A DNA stretch of 64,000 nt from Patescibacteria group bacterium (GCA_013387205.1 WARV01000005.1:27924-91923); one strand, 5' to 3'. Shown: positions 54,512-63,546, counted from the first letter of the stretch. Translations and numbers: made by a program. Notes: a model not told the origin generated them from the letters alone.

Positions 54512-54558
54512 AAAAGGACGGAACGCGAATCTTCGCGTTCCGTCCGGTTTTTTTTATA
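54512..54558 (+). terminator. Strong rho-independent terminator
   Basis: ggacggaacgcgaatcttcgcgttccgtcc is a 13-bp stem followed by ggtttttttttat. Confidence 0.8.
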
Positions 54559-54594
54559 TTCAATTAATATTTTGGTTTAATCTTGTCATTATCA

Positions 54595-54720
54595 GTATTG
54601 TGAATCAGTCTTTTATTAGTGACAAAAGCTACCAATCTACTAATCTATCCGAATACTACCAATACCTACTAATCTTCTTAGATGGACATTTGTAGGTATT
54701 TGTAGATTGGTATTAATTGG
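54595..54720. repeat. Word-palindrome array (ctaccaat/ctactaat left; attggta/atttgtag right)
   Basis: Same architecture as the tactaaa arrays but built from different 7-8-mers. It lies directly upstream of pcm. Confidence 0.45.
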
Positions 54721-54735
54721 TAGATTTGTAGTTTT

Positions 54736-55356
54736 ATGACTAGAGACCATCTAAAACACGAACTTATTATTCAGGACGTATTAGATACGCCGGAGCTGTC
54801 CGCGGCTTTTGATGAAATTGACCGCGCGGATTTTGTGCCCGAAGATTTTAAAGACGCGGCATACGAAAATTTGCCGCTGCCGATTGGTTTTAACCAGACA
54901 ATATCCCAGCCTTTTACCGTGTTTTTTATGCTCGGCCTTTTGGATGTGAAAAAAGGGGATAGGGTATTGGAAATTGGCACGGGCAGCGGATGGCAAACTG
55001 CTTTGCTTAGTTTTTTGGCAGGCAAAAATGGAAAAGTGGTATCACTAGAAAGGATTTTTGAACTTGTAGAATTCGCCAAAAATAATTTATCTCAATACTC
55101 CGAATATTATCGTGCTAGTAAAGTAGTACACGGGGATGGTAGTTTTGGGATGCCCGAATTCGCGCCGTTTGATAAAATTATCGCCGCAGCCGCGGCAGCG
55201 GAAATTCCCAAAGCGTGGAAAGAGCAGCTTAAAGTAGGTGGTAAAATAATCGCGCCTGTTGAACATGATATCATTATGCTGCAAAAAAACTCTTCCGATG
55301 ATTTTAAAAAAACCGTATTCGAAGGCTTCGCCTTTGTGCCATTGGTTAGTGAATGA
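54736..55356 (+). CDS. pcm: Protein-L-isoaspartate O-methyltransferase
   Basis: 206 aa. SAM motif VLEIGTGSGWQTALL, plus post-I and motif II/III spacing typical of PCMT. Confidence 0.8.
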   Translation: MTRDHLKHELIIQDVLDTPELSAAFDEIDRADFVPEDFKDAAYENLPLPIGFNQTISQPFTVFFMLGLLDVKKGDRVLEIGTGSGWQTALLSFLAGKNGKVVSLERIFELVEFAKNNLSQYSEYYRASKVVHGDGSFGMPEFAPFDKIIAAAAAAEIPKAWKEQLKVGGKIIAPVEHDIIMLQKNSSDDFKKTVFEGFAFVPLVSE

Positions 55357-55363
55357 TTATACA

Positions 55364-55396
55364 AAAACACCCCAACTTAATATTGGGGTGTTTTTG
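55364..55396 (+). terminator. Rho-independent terminator
   Basis: aaaaacaccccaacttaatattggggtgttttt is a 10-bp stem with a T-run. Confidence 0.7.
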
Positions 55397-55450
55397 GAGC
55401 TCCTTAGTCATGAATATTAGAACCGAGGTGATGAAAATGTTTATTAGTTT

Positions 55451-56083
55451 TTAACTAATCTTTTGTAATTTTATTAAGGATAGTTTTGCTTCCACCTTGT
55501 TAGAATCTCTATAGTCCATAAGGTTGCCTTTAGGAATTTCTTCTTTACTGATAGTTTTGTTATTTATCATTTCTTCAAGAATCTGATCAAATATAGATTC
55601 TAATATTTTTTGATGCGGGATTGTATTTTCACGTGTCACCCTACCTAATTTAATGTAACCTTTCACTTGTAGGACTCTAAGCATTTCTTCTAAAACCTCT
55701 TTGACCTTTTTCTTTGCTGGGTTAGAATTACCTGCCAATAATTGTTCTTTTATTTCCTTATCCATAAGAACAAAAAAAGGGAAAGCCGCATTGGAAACCA
55801 CAAGTTCAAATTCCCCATCTTTAAATGGTAATTTTTCTGCTGAGCCAACGATTGAATTTTTTACTCCTTCTACAGGTTGCCTTGGATCAATGGAATAAAT
55901 TTTTGAACTTAAATCTCGCTCTGCTGATTTTTTCGCAAATTTACCCAAACCACCTCCCACATCTAACATTTTTCTTTGAAAATCATCATGCGTAAGATCT
56001 AATTGTTGTATATAATCATCAACAATATCTAACTTTTCTTTATTAACTTCTGGATACTGGTACGGCCTCTTTTCAGTATTCAT
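55451..56083 (-). CDS. Class I SAM-dependent methyltransferase
   Basis: 210 aa. Motif I LDVGGGLGKFA and motif II-like EFELVVSNAAF. Confidence 0.7.
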   Translation of the reverse strand: MNTEKRPYQYPEVNKEKLDIVDDYIQQLDLTHDDFQRKMLDVGGGLGKFAKKSAERDLSSKIYSIDPRQPVEGVKNSIVGSAEKLPFKDGEFELVVSNAAFPFFVLMDKEIKEQLLAGNSNPAKKKVKEVLEEMLRVLQVKGYIKLGRVTRENTIPHQKILESIFDQILEEMINNKTISKEEIPKGNLMDYRDSNKVEAKLSLIKLQKIS

Positions 56084-56123
56084 ACAAAAATCTTTAGTTT
56101 AGTAGGGAGCTCTTGCTACATAT

Positions 56124-56196
56124 GGAGCGGGTAACGGGAATCGGACCCGTGTCTCAACCTTGGGAAGGTCGCATACTACCATTGTACTATACCCGC
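56124..56196 (-). tRNA. tRNA-Gly (anticodon CCC)
   Basis: 73 nt: acceptor GCGGGUA/UACCCGC, D-arm GUAC-AAUGGUA-GUAU, anticodon stem CGACC/GGUUG with loop UUCCCAA, T-arm ACGGG-UCCGAUU-CCCGU, discriminator U, encoded CCA. Confidence 0.8.
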
Positions 56197-56229
56197 ACAT
56201 TGATTATGTTTTAAAGTTTTTTATTTTGT

Positions 56230-56290
56230 TATATATCCAATTTTACACCCGCCTCATCGGCGGGCTGCCGAAGAGGCAGCTACTATTGTA
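56230..56290 (-). other. tRNA-like fragment / pseudo-tRNA (duplicate of the tRNA-Gly 5' half)
   Basis: The minus-strand sequence GCUGGUAUAGUACAAUAGUAGCU... matches the acceptor and D-arm of the adjacent tRNA-Gly at about 20 of 24 positions. It lacks a canonical anticodon arm, T-loop and 3' acceptor strand. Confidence 0.3.
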
Positions 56291-56400
56291 CTATACCAGC
56301 AAGAAATAAATTTTGACTGTATTTATGATACTAAATTTTTACCCCAAATTCAATAGTTATTTTTCGAAGTTTGAAAATTGCCATTTTTTTTAGGAAACGA

Positions 56401-56430
56401 ATGGCTCAACCTACGGTTGAGCCATTCATG
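56401..56430. repeat. Conserved 30-bp hairpin (cgaatggctcaacctacggttgagccattc), copy 2
   Basis: Near-identical to 26951-26980. It sits just upstream of the probable Nudix start codon and inside the long track ORF. Confidence 0.5.
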
Positions 56431-56479
56431 GTATAATGGGGTTGGAAAGATTGTCATTCTAAATTTAGATACCAAAACC

Positions 56480-56995
56480 ATGTCCGCTGAAAAAATTAGC
56501 ATTGAAAACGCCAAACAGGATAAATTGTTTTATTTTGTGGCCAATGTCGTTATTTACCGCGAAAGCGACAAGCGCTGCCTGGTTTTAAAGCGCAGCGAGC
56601 GGGAAAAAGTACATCCGGGGAAATTTGGGGTACCGGGAGGTAAACTGGAATGGAAAGATTTGGATTTGAGTAATCCTACCCGCAGGAATGGTGATGTGCT
56701 GGATTTTGAAAATGCAACGGAGATGCTTTTAAAGCGCGAAGCTTTGGAAGAAGCCGGGGTAGAAATAGGCAGTCAGTTAAAATACATTAACAGCGTGGCG
56801 TTTATCAGGCCAGACGGGATTCCTGTGGTTTTAGTAAAATTTGCAGCCAAATATAAATCCGGGGAAATTAAGCTAGAGGACGGCGCGTTTACGGATTACG
56901 CCTGGGTTAATGAGGAAGAAGTGGAAAAATTGGATTGCATTTTAGGCGTGCCTGAAGAAGTCAGCGAAACAATAAAATTATTTTCAAAACCATGA
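56480..56995 (+). CDS. Nudix hydrolase
   Basis: Start set at MSAEKISIENAK. Nudix box GGKLEWKDLDLSNPTRRNGDVLDFENATEMLLKREALEEAGV. Confidence 0.8.
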   Translation: MSAEKISIENAKQDKLFYFVANVVIYRESDKRCLVLKRSEREKVHPGKFGVPGGKLEWKDLDLSNPTRRNGDVLDFENATEMLLKREALEEAGVEIGSQLKYINSVAFIRPDGIPVVLVKFAAKYKSGEIKLEDGAFTDYAWVNEEEVEKLDCILGVPEEVSETIKLFSKP

Positions 56996-57402
56996 ACATT
57001 TTTTTATCTTTCCGTTTTACCGGGGCAGATATGGCGGAGACGGATAAGTTTTTAGGCCAGGTTTGCGAGCAGTTAAGTCAAGCAGGGCATGATCCAATCT
57101 GCACTTTTTGGAAAGAACCGTTTTTCCAGGAAAACAAATACAATTTAAAACAGGTATTCAATTACGCATTTAAAGAACTAGATAAAGCGGATATGCTTTT
57201 GGCTTTGGTTGATAGTCCTGAAAAAAGCACGGGGATGCTTTTAGAGATTGGCTATGCTAAGGCTAAGGGTAAAAAAATAATCATGGCTGTAAAAAAAGGA
57301 GTTAACGCCGGTACCTTGCCCGAATTTGCGGATGAGGTTTTTGAATTTTATAAAGTAGAAGATATTATTAAGGCTATTGAGGAAGTCCTGGTGAGATTAT
57401 AA
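56992..57402 (+). CDS. Nucleoside 2-deoxyribosyltransferase-like (NDT/SLOG-fold) protein
   Basis: 136 aa. N-terminal MNIFLSFRF and C-terminal LLEIGYAKAKGKKII resemble the NDT-family ExGyA...gKpv signature. Overlaps the Nudix gene by 4 nt. Confidence 0.5.
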   Translation: MNIFLSFRFTGADMAETDKFLGQVCEQLSQAGHDPICTFWKEPFFQENKYNLKQVFNYAFKELDKADMLLALVDSPEKSTGMLLEIGYAKAKGKKIIMAVKKGVNAGTLPEFADEVFEFYKVEDIIKAIEEVLVRL

Positions 57403-57439
57403 GGTTTAAGCATTTGCCAAAAGTGCTTTTTGATAAACG

Positions 57440-57505
57440 TTGCATCGCATCATGTCATTGCGAGGAGTCAAAGGGCTTTGTCTTTGATGACGAAGCAATC
57501 TAAAT
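57440..57505. repeat. GTCATTGCGAG-family palindromic unit
   Basis: catgtcattgcgaggagtcaaagggctttgtctttgatgacgaagcaatct. Confidence 0.5.
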
Positions 57506-57515
57506 CTCAAGGTCT

Positions 57516-57806
57516 ATGAGCAAGCAATATTATGTTTATATACTGACTAATTTTACAAATACAGTTTTGTATACTGGCATTACTAACGATTTAGTGCGCC
57601 GCATTTACGAACACAAGAATCATTTAGCTAAAGGATTTACTGATAAATATAATGTGACTAAACTTGTATACTTTGAGAATACCGACAGTGTAGAAAGCGC
57701 GATTGCTAGAGAAAAGCAGATTAAGGCCGGATCAAGGCAAAGGAAAATTGATTTAATTAATTCAAACAATCCTAGCTGGGAAGATTTGTGCAATACAATC
57801 ATATAA
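57516..57806 (+). CDS. GIY-YIG nuclease-domain protein (YhbQ-like)
   Basis: 96 aa. YYVYILTN ... LYTGITNDLVRRIYEH ... REKQIK is the canonical GIY-YIG layout. Confidence 0.85.
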   Translation: MSKQYYVYILTNFTNTVLYTGITNDLVRRIYEHKNHLAKGFTDKYNVTKLVYFENTDSVESAIAREKQIKAGSRQRKIDLINSNNPSWEDLCNTII

Positions 57807-58118
57807 CGTCATCGCGGGAAGGGGTGCAGTCGACGACAAAGTAACCTCTATTACAAAGGAATGATTGCCACGCAATTTAAGCCAGTCCGCCAGCTGGCGG
57901 ACCTTAAATTGCTCGCAATGACATTGGCTTTATGGTCAAAGAGTATCTTTGGCATTTTTATATTTCCCGTAAAAATGGTATAATTAATGCAAGAATTATT
58001 CAATACTATCCCAAAACGTGAGGGATTAATAGTTTGTCATCGCGAGGGAATGCATTTGGTCGCGGCGATCTTTCAATAGATTGCTTCGTCGTATAACTCC
58101 TCGCAATGACAAGGAGCC
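57805..58118. repeat. Cluster of GTCATTGCGAG-family palindromic units up to the hisS ribosome-binding site
   Basis: Includes gattgccacgcaatttaagccagtccgccagctggcggaccttaaattgctcgcaatgac (≈ 9820-9880), ttgtcatcgcgagggaatgcatttggtcgcggcgatc and gattgcttcgtcgtataactcctcgcaatgacaaggag. The last unit supplies the hisS SD. Confidence 0.55.
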
Positions 58119-58121
58119 GTA

Positions 58122-59429
58122 ATGAACCAACAAAATAAACTATCTTTAGAATCGTATAAAGGCACTAGGGATTTTTATCCGGAAGACCAATTCGTTCAGA
58201 ATTATATTTTTGGCGTGTGGCGCAAAGTGGCGGAAAAGTACGGATATTTAGAATACAATGCTTCAATTCTGGAAGAGGCGGCTTTGTATAAGGCCAAGAG
58301 CGGGGAAGAAATTGTCAACGAGCAGACTTATACGTTTATTGACCGTGGGGGCAGGGAAGTCACAATCCGCCCGGAAATGACGCCGACTGTGGCCAGGATG
58401 GTCGCGCAAAAACGCAAAGAGCTGGCGTTTCCTTTGCGCTGGTTCAGTATTCCTAATTTGTTTAGATACGAGCGCCCGCAGCGCGGCCGTTTGCGCGAGC
58501 ACTGGCAATTGAACGTGGACATGTTCGGAGTAGAATCTATAGGCGCGGATTTGGAAATTGTTTCCGTGGCTTACGACATTATGAAAGCTTTTGGCGCCAA
58601 AGACGAATCTTTCGCCATAAAAATCAACAGCCGCAAGTTTTTGAATTTCCTAATGGATACTTTTTTAAGGCTTAACGGGCAGCAGGCGCATCAAATATCC
58701 AAACTTTTGGACCGCATGCACAAAATTAGCGGTGAAGATTTTATTGCCCAAGCTAAAGAAATTTTAGGCGACGACAGTAAAGTAGAAGCCTTGGCTACTA
58801 TCACCAGAATTAAAAATTTAGACGAGCTGCCGGAAGAAGTTAAAGCGCACGAATCGGTTGCGGAATTAAAATCTTTCCTGGCCAGAATGGAAACTTTGGG
58901 AATTAAGAACGCTATTTTTGATGTCAGCTTGGTGCGTGGGTTTGATTACTACACCGGCATTGTATTCGAGGTTAATGACACAAGCCCGGCAAACCCGAGG
59001 GCTTTGTTTGGTGGCGGCAGGTATGACGATTTGGTGGGGATTTTCGGCGTGGAAAAAGTGCCTGGGATAGGGTTTGGCATGGGGGATGTGACAATTCGTG
59101 ATTTTTTAGAAACATACAGCCTGCTCCCGTCGTATGAATCTATAGTGGATTTGTATATCTGCAAGTTTGACGAGTCTTTTGCAGGTTTCGCCAGCCAGCT
59201 GGCATCTGATTTGCGCAAAGAGGGCATAAATGCGGCCGTGGATTTAACTGACAAGAAAGTATCGGCGCAGGTAAAAACTGCAGACCGGCAAAAGATCCCG
59301 TTCGTGCTGGTAGTCGGCGAAGAAGAAACAAAAAGCAATAAATTCAAATTAAAGAACCTGTCGGAATCGAAAGAAATTGAAGTCAGCCGGGAAGATTTGG
59401 CAAAAACAATCAAATCTTTGGAATCGTAA
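58122..59429 (+). CDS. hisS: Histidine--tRNA ligase
   Basis: 435 aa. KGTRDFYPED motif, class II aaRS motifs (FRYERPQRGRLREHWQ, GGGRYD) and a C-terminal anticodon-binding domain. Confidence 0.9.
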   Translation: MNQQNKLSLESYKGTRDFYPEDQFVQNYIFGVWRKVAEKYGYLEYNASILEEAALYKAKSGEEIVNEQTYTFIDRGGREVTIRPEMTPTVARMVAQKRKELAFPLRWFSIPNLFRYERPQRGRLREHWQLNVDMFGVESIGADLEIVSVAYDIMKAFGAKDESFAIKINSRKFLNFLMDTFLRLNGQQAHQISKLLDRMHKISGEDFIAQAKEILGDDSKVEALATITRIKNLDELPEEVKAHESVAELKSFLARMETLGIKNAIFDVSLVRGFDYYTGIVFEVNDTSPANPRALFGGGRYDDLVGIFGVEKVPGIGFGMGDVTIRDFLETYSLLPSYESIVDLYICKFDESFAGFASQLASDLRKEGINAAVDLTDKKVSAQVKTADRQKIPFVLVVGEEETKSNKFKLKNLSESKEIEVSREDLAKTIKSLES

Positions 59430-59467
59430 ACTTATGCATTTCTTCACTACTTCGAAGTAGTAAAGTT

Positions 59468-59911
59468 TTGTCAAAATTTGAAATTATGGATAAAAAAGAG
59501 GTTGTCCTGCAAGTTGGAGTTAAGGTGCTGCTTAAAAACAGCGAAGGGAAATATTTGCTGGTCAGGAGGAATCCGAAAAAATATCCGGAAGTGGGCCCCA
59601 AGTGGGACATTGTCGGCGGCAGGATTGACCCTGGCTCGCCGCTTTTAGATAACCTAAAGCGCGAAGTTAAGGAAGAAACAAATTTGGATTTATCAATAGA
59701 GCCAAAGCTGGTTGCCGCCCAAGATATTTTGCGCGTGGAAGGCCGGCATGTGGTCAGGTTATCATACATAGGCGAAATTGAAGGCAGTCCGCAGCTCGAC
59801 GATGATCATCTGGAATTTAAATGGTTTACGGGGGAAGAAATAAAATCGTTATCCGAAGAGGAATTGGATATTTATTTCAAGGAATTAGCGGATAAGGGCG
59901 TGATGTTATAA
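59468..59911 (+). CDS. Nudix hydrolase
   Basis: 147 aa. Nudix box GGRIDPGSPLLDNLKREVKEETNL. The start may instead be the ATG at 59486. Confidence 0.75.
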   Translation: MSKFEIMDKKEVVLQVGVKVLLKNSEGKYLLVRRNPKKYPEVGPKWDIVGGRIDPGSPLLDNLKREVKEETNLDLSIEPKLVAAQDILRVEGRHVVRLSYIGEIEGSPQLDDDHLEFKWFTGEEIKSLSEEELDIYFKELADKGVML

Positions 59912-59999
59912 TTCGAAAACCGCGAAATAGCATGCGAATTATGCGAAAGTATTTTTTTGCGGCATTCGCATAATAATTTGTAGTTTCGCATTATTCCAT

Positions 60000-60572
60000 A
60001 TGGACTATAACCACTCCGAAAATTTCATACTTGGGCTTATTGAAGAAGATGAATGGATGATGGATATTTTGCAAGTCGCAAAAAGTTTTAGCTTGCCCGA
60101 TTGGTGGGTGGCAGCCGGGTTTGTCAGGAATAAGGCTTGGGACCATTTGCACGGATTTAAAAAAAGGACATATGGAGGCGGCATGGATGTTGACGTTATA
60201 TATTTTGACCCGAAAGATTTGTCGGAGACCGCGGAAAAAGAAATGGAATTAAAATTTTATATAGCCAAGCCGGGAATTCCCTGGTCAGTAAAAAACCAGG
60301 CCAGGATGCACGTACAAAACGGAGATGGTCCTTACAAAGATTCAGTTGACGCTATGGCCAAATGGCCGGAAACAGCAACATGCGTGGGGGTTAAAATAGG
60401 AAATGACGGCAAATTGGTTTTGGCGGCCCCGCTTGGCGTTAGTGATGTCGTGAACATGGTTTTGCGGCCAAATCAGAATTGCAAAAGAAATCCGCAAGCT
60501 TTTATATCCCGAATGGAAAAAAAGAATTGGCTAAACAAATGGCCGAAAACAATTATTATTGACAAAAATTAA
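60000..60572 (+). CDS. Nucleotidyltransferase-family protein (NTP_transf_6/DUF925-like)
   Basis: 190 aa. DWWVAAGFVRNKAWDHLHG resembles the DUF925 signature. Preceded by an inverted-repeat region (atgcgaat...attcgcat). Confidence 0.55.
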   Translation: MDYNHSENFILGLIEEDEWMMDILQVAKSFSLPDWWVAAGFVRNKAWDHLHGFKKRTYGGGMDVDVIYFDPKDLSETAEKEMELKFYIAKPGIPWSVKNQARMHVQNGDGPYKDSVDAMAKWPETATCVGVKIGNDGKLVLAAPLGVSDVVNMVLRPNQNCKRNPQAFISRMEKKNWLNKWPKTIIIDKN

Positions 60573-60650
60573 AAAAATGACAAAAGTGACAAAAATAACT
60601 GCAGTATTAATTTTGTCATTTCCGTCGTTTTTGTCATTTATGTCATTTCT
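60560..60650. repeat. Word-palindrome array (tgacaaa / tttgtca)
   Basis: The left arm is tgacaaaagtgacaaaaata. The right arm is ttttgtcatttccgtcgtttttgtcatttatgtcattt. Confidence 0.45.
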
Positions 60651-60653
60651 TTT

Positions 60654-61349
60654 ATGATCATTGTTGCCCATAGAGGCGCGAGTAAAATTGCCCCGGAAAA
60701 TACCCTGCAAGCTTTCCAAAAAGCCATTGATATTGGCGCTGATATGCTTGAATTCGACGTACGGAAGACCCAAGACGGCGCATTGGTTGTTTTTCACGAT
60801 CCTGACTGTCAGGGCTTGCAAATAAATACCATCACTTTAAAAAAGCTGAAAGAATTGTCTTATGGCTTTATTCCGACTTTGGAAGAAGCGCTTCAGGTTA
60901 CGGCCGGAAAAATAAAACTGGATGTTGAGTTAAAAGAAAAAGGCTGCGCCAAGGAAGCTGTGCCGCTGCTTTTAAAATATTTTTCCGTTAATAATTTTTT
61001 TATCAGTTCTTTTAAAAAGCCAATTTTGGCAGAAGTTTTTAAAGAGAATCCTTCTGTCAGGCTCGGGTGGATCTTGGGCAATGACGGATTCCAAAGCAGG
61101 CTTAAAATCCTTTTTGATATTTTAAAAGTCGTAATCAATCCCAGTACCACTGACCGTTACCAGTATTTAATTGTAAACAAGCATATTTACAACCACCAAA
61201 CATTCAGCTTTTTGCCTTATCAGAAAAAGCAAGTTTTTATTTGGACGGTGGACAATGAAAAAATGATCAATATGATTTGCGGCGATAGCCGCGTAAATGG
61301 CGTAATTACCAATGTTCCGGATTTGGCTTTAAAAATCCGGAATGAATAA
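60654..61349 (+). CDS. Glycerophosphodiester phosphodiesterase (GDPD family)
   Basis: 231 aa. N-terminal IIVAHRGASKIAPENT ... EFDVRKTQDGALVVFHD catalytic motifs. Confidence 0.85.
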   Translation: MIIVAHRGASKIAPENTLQAFQKAIDIGADMLEFDVRKTQDGALVVFHDPDCQGLQINTITLKKLKELSYGFIPTLEEALQVTAGKIKLDVELKEKGCAKEAVPLLLKYFSVNNFFISSFKKPILAEVFKENPSVRLGWILGNDGFQSRLKILFDILKVVINPSTTDRYQYLIVNKHIYNHQTFSFLPYQKKQVFIWTVDNEKMINMICGDSRVNGVITNVPDLALKIRNE

Positions 61350-61374
61350 TCTAATAACTAAATTTTATTGCCAT

Positions 61375-61470
61375 TCCCGATCTAGATCGGGAATCTAAAA
61401 CTTTGATTATTATCGACGCATGGATTCCGGATAGCTCTCGGCCTGCGACCTCGTGGCTTCCGGAATGACA
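61375..61470. repeat. Palindromic units (attcccgatctagatcgggaat; gtcattccgg-type variant)
   Basis: A perfect 9-bp stem around a ctag loop, then ggattccggatagctctcggcctgcgacctcgtggcttccggaatgacaagt. Related to 25905-25935 (ttgtcattccggg ... ctggaat). Confidence 0.4.
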
Positions 61471-61518
61471 AGTGGTGTTAATCTAATTACTAATTACTAT
61501 TCACTAATCACTATAAAA

Positions 61519-61785
61519 ATGACCGAACAAGAATGGAAAGATGTTTTGGCAAGCGAAGGTTTTAGCGATATTTACATTTGGCACGATGATGCTAATGTGG
61601 AATATCCCGACCATCTCCATGAAAAAATTACTGCCCATGTCATTTTAAGCGGCGGCATGGAACTAAATGACCACGGCCATGTAAAAATTTTAAAGGCCGG
61701 AGAAAGGTTTGATATCAAAGCCGGGACAACGCATTCGGCAAAAATCGGACCAGACGGCTGCAGGTATGTAGTGGGAGAAAAATAA
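61519..61785 (+). CDS. Cupin-domain protein
   Basis: Start set at MTEQEWKDVL. HLHEKITAHVILSGGME ... GTTHSAKIG shows cupin metal-site residues. Flanked on both sides by cactaat/attagtg word arrays. Confidence 0.55.
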   Translation: MTEQEWKDVLASEGFSDIYIWHDDANVEYPDHLHEKITAHVILSGGMELNDHGHVKILKAGERFDIKAGTTHSAKIGPDGCRYVVGEK

Positions 61786-61870
61786 TTTATTATCCACGAA
61801 CACACTAATTATCACGAATATCACTAATATAGCATTAGTGTAATTAGTGTTTATTCGTGAATTAGTGGAT
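61786..61870. repeat. Word-palindrome array (cactaat/attagtg, cacgaa/ttcgtg)
   Basis: ccacgaacacactaattatcacgaatatcactaat ... attagtgtaattagtgtttattcgtgaattagtgg. A partner half-array (ctaattactaattactattcactaatcac) lies at 61470-61510 upstream of the cupin gene. Confidence 0.45.
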
Positions 61871-61879
61871 GAGTAATAT

Positions 61880-62749
61880 ATGAGCAAAAGAATTACATTT
61901 TTACTAATTTTAATAGCAGCAATTTTAGTCTGGAATTACCGGGATAAAATTATGCATGGCCAGTTTGGCCTGGGTAATTTTAAAAACCAGGCCACTTTCG
62001 ACAATACTATTGTCGAGGCTTTGAAAAAGGAAATTCTGACTTCCGGCCCTTTGCGCAGCAAGACAAATTATCCGAACTCGGTTTTGACTCAAGCGGGGAT
62101 TATCGCGGAGACGAATGTGCAAAGAGGCATGTTTGGCGTATCAATCTTAAAAGAAAACCAAAAGCTCAACGAAGCGGCTGCGCTTAAGGTTAAAGACATG
62201 TTTAGACGGCAGTATTTTGAACATTTGTCCCCGGACGGCAAAGGTCCTTCTGATTTAGCCGGAAACGTTCATTACGATTATATCGCCATTGGAGAAAATT
62301 TGGCTTTGGGAAATTTCAAAGACGATGCTGCATTGCTTGAAGCCTGGATGAACAGCCCGGGGCACAAAGCCAATATTATCAACAGTAAGTTTACGGAGAT
62401 TGGCGTTGCCGTAGGGCAGGGAGAATATGAAGGGAAAACCGTCTGGTTAGCTGTGCAGGAATTCGGCAAGCCAGTGTCAGATTGCCCGGTTGTAGATGTT
62501 GGGTTAAAAGCCAAGCTCGACGGAATAAAGCTGGACACAGGAGAATTAGAGCTTCAAATTAATTTGCTGAAAAAAGAAATAGAGGCAATAAACCCTAAAG
62601 ATTCCCAGCGGCAGGACGAGTATAATGCTAAAGTCTCTGAATATAATAACTTAATCCAGAATTATAACAATAAAGTGGATTCCCTAAAGTTACTGGCAGG
62701 CCAGTATAACCAGCAGGTAAACGCTTTCAACAGGTGTCTTGGGAAATGA
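61880..62749 (+). CDS. CAP/SCP (YkwD-like) domain secreted protein with C-terminal coiled coil
   Basis: 289 aa with a signal/TM anchor. GHKANIINSKFTEIGVAV is the CAP signature. The C-terminal ~90 aa are coiled-coil (LQINLLKKEIEAINPK ...). Confidence 0.7.
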   Translation: MSKRITFLLILIAAILVWNYRDKIMHGQFGLGNFKNQATFDNTIVEALKKEILTSGPLRSKTNYPNSVLTQAGIIAETNVQRGMFGVSILKENQKLNEAAALKVKDMFRRQYFEHLSPDGKGPSDLAGNVHYDYIAIGENLALGNFKDDAALLEAWMNSPGHKANIINSKFTEIGVAVGQGEYEGKTVWLAVQEFGKPVSDCPVVDVGLKAKLDGIKLDTGELELQINLLKKEIEAINPKDSQRQDEYNAKVSEYNNLIQNYNNKVDSLKLLAGQYNQQVNAFNRCLGK

Positions 62750-62752
62750 AAC

Positions 62753-63442
62753 ATGGCATATCGCACAAAGGTTTTAAGTAAAAAATCCATAGCGCCGAAT
62801 GTTGTCGAACTGGCAGTCGAACTTGTCGAGCCGGGGAAAATTGTTTTTACGGCAGGGCAGTTCATGCAGTTTGAAATAGGCACTCAATTAAGATCTTATT
62901 CTATCGTCTCTGCTCCTGGTGACAGGAAGGATTTGTCTTTTTGCATTGAACTTGTTAAAGAAGGTTTGGGCTCTGAGTTTGTCAGAAATTTGAAAGAAGG
63001 CGATTTGATTTCAATGAAAGGGCCGTTCGGCGTTTTTACTTTAAAGGATTTCCAAAAAAGCGCGGCTTTTGTGGCAACTGGAGTCGGGGTGGCTCCGTTC
63101 AAGCCGATGATAGAAGAAGCTTTAAAATACGGCTATAAAAAACCGGTTTTGCTGCTTTTCGGCATAAGGACCCAGGACGATGCAATTTATTTCGAAGACT
63201 TCCATAAACTATCATCAGAATATAAAAATTTTGAATTTATCCCCATCCTGAGCAAGCCAAACGGTAAGGAGTGGAACGGCGAGACTGGCAGGGTGACATT
63301 ATTTTTAGAAACCAATTATGAAAAATACAAGGACCGATTGTTTTATCTTTGCGGCGGAATGCAAATGATAAAGGATGCCAGGGGGGTGCTGCTGGAAAAA
63401 GGACATAGTCCGCTTAATATCAAACTGGAAATTTTTTCCTGA
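62753..63442 (+). CDS. Ferredoxin-NADP+ reductase-like FAD/NAD(P)-binding oxidoreductase
   Basis: 229 aa. RSYSIVS (RxYS FAD-binding), GVGVAPF (NAD-binding glycine-rich) and a C-terminal LCGGMQMI-type motif. Confidence 0.75.
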   Translation: MAYRTKVLSKKSIAPNVVELAVELVEPGKIVFTAGQFMQFEIGTQLRSYSIVSAPGDRKDLSFCIELVKEGLGSEFVRNLKEGDLISMKGPFGVFTLKDFQKSAAFVATGVGVAPFKPMIEEALKYGYKKPVLLLFGIRTQDDAIYFEDFHKLSSEYKNFEFIPILSKPNGKEWNGETGRVTLFLETNYEKYKDRLFYLCGGMQMIKDARGVLLEKGHSPLNIKLEIFS

Positions 63443-63546
63443 AATAAGCGTCTTATTAAGCAGGTTGTCCTTTTTAAGGCAAAAAATACCCCATATCCCC
63501 AGCATATTTATGGTATAATAACTATAGAATTAAATTTAAAAAATTT

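Noticed and set aside
61786-61870. DnaA-box cluster / replication origin
   Set aside because: ttatccacg resembles a DnaA box (TTATCCACA), but it is a single near-match within a cactaat/cacgaa word array. There are no dnaA or dnaN genes nearby and no AT-rich unwinding element pattern beyond the general AT richness.
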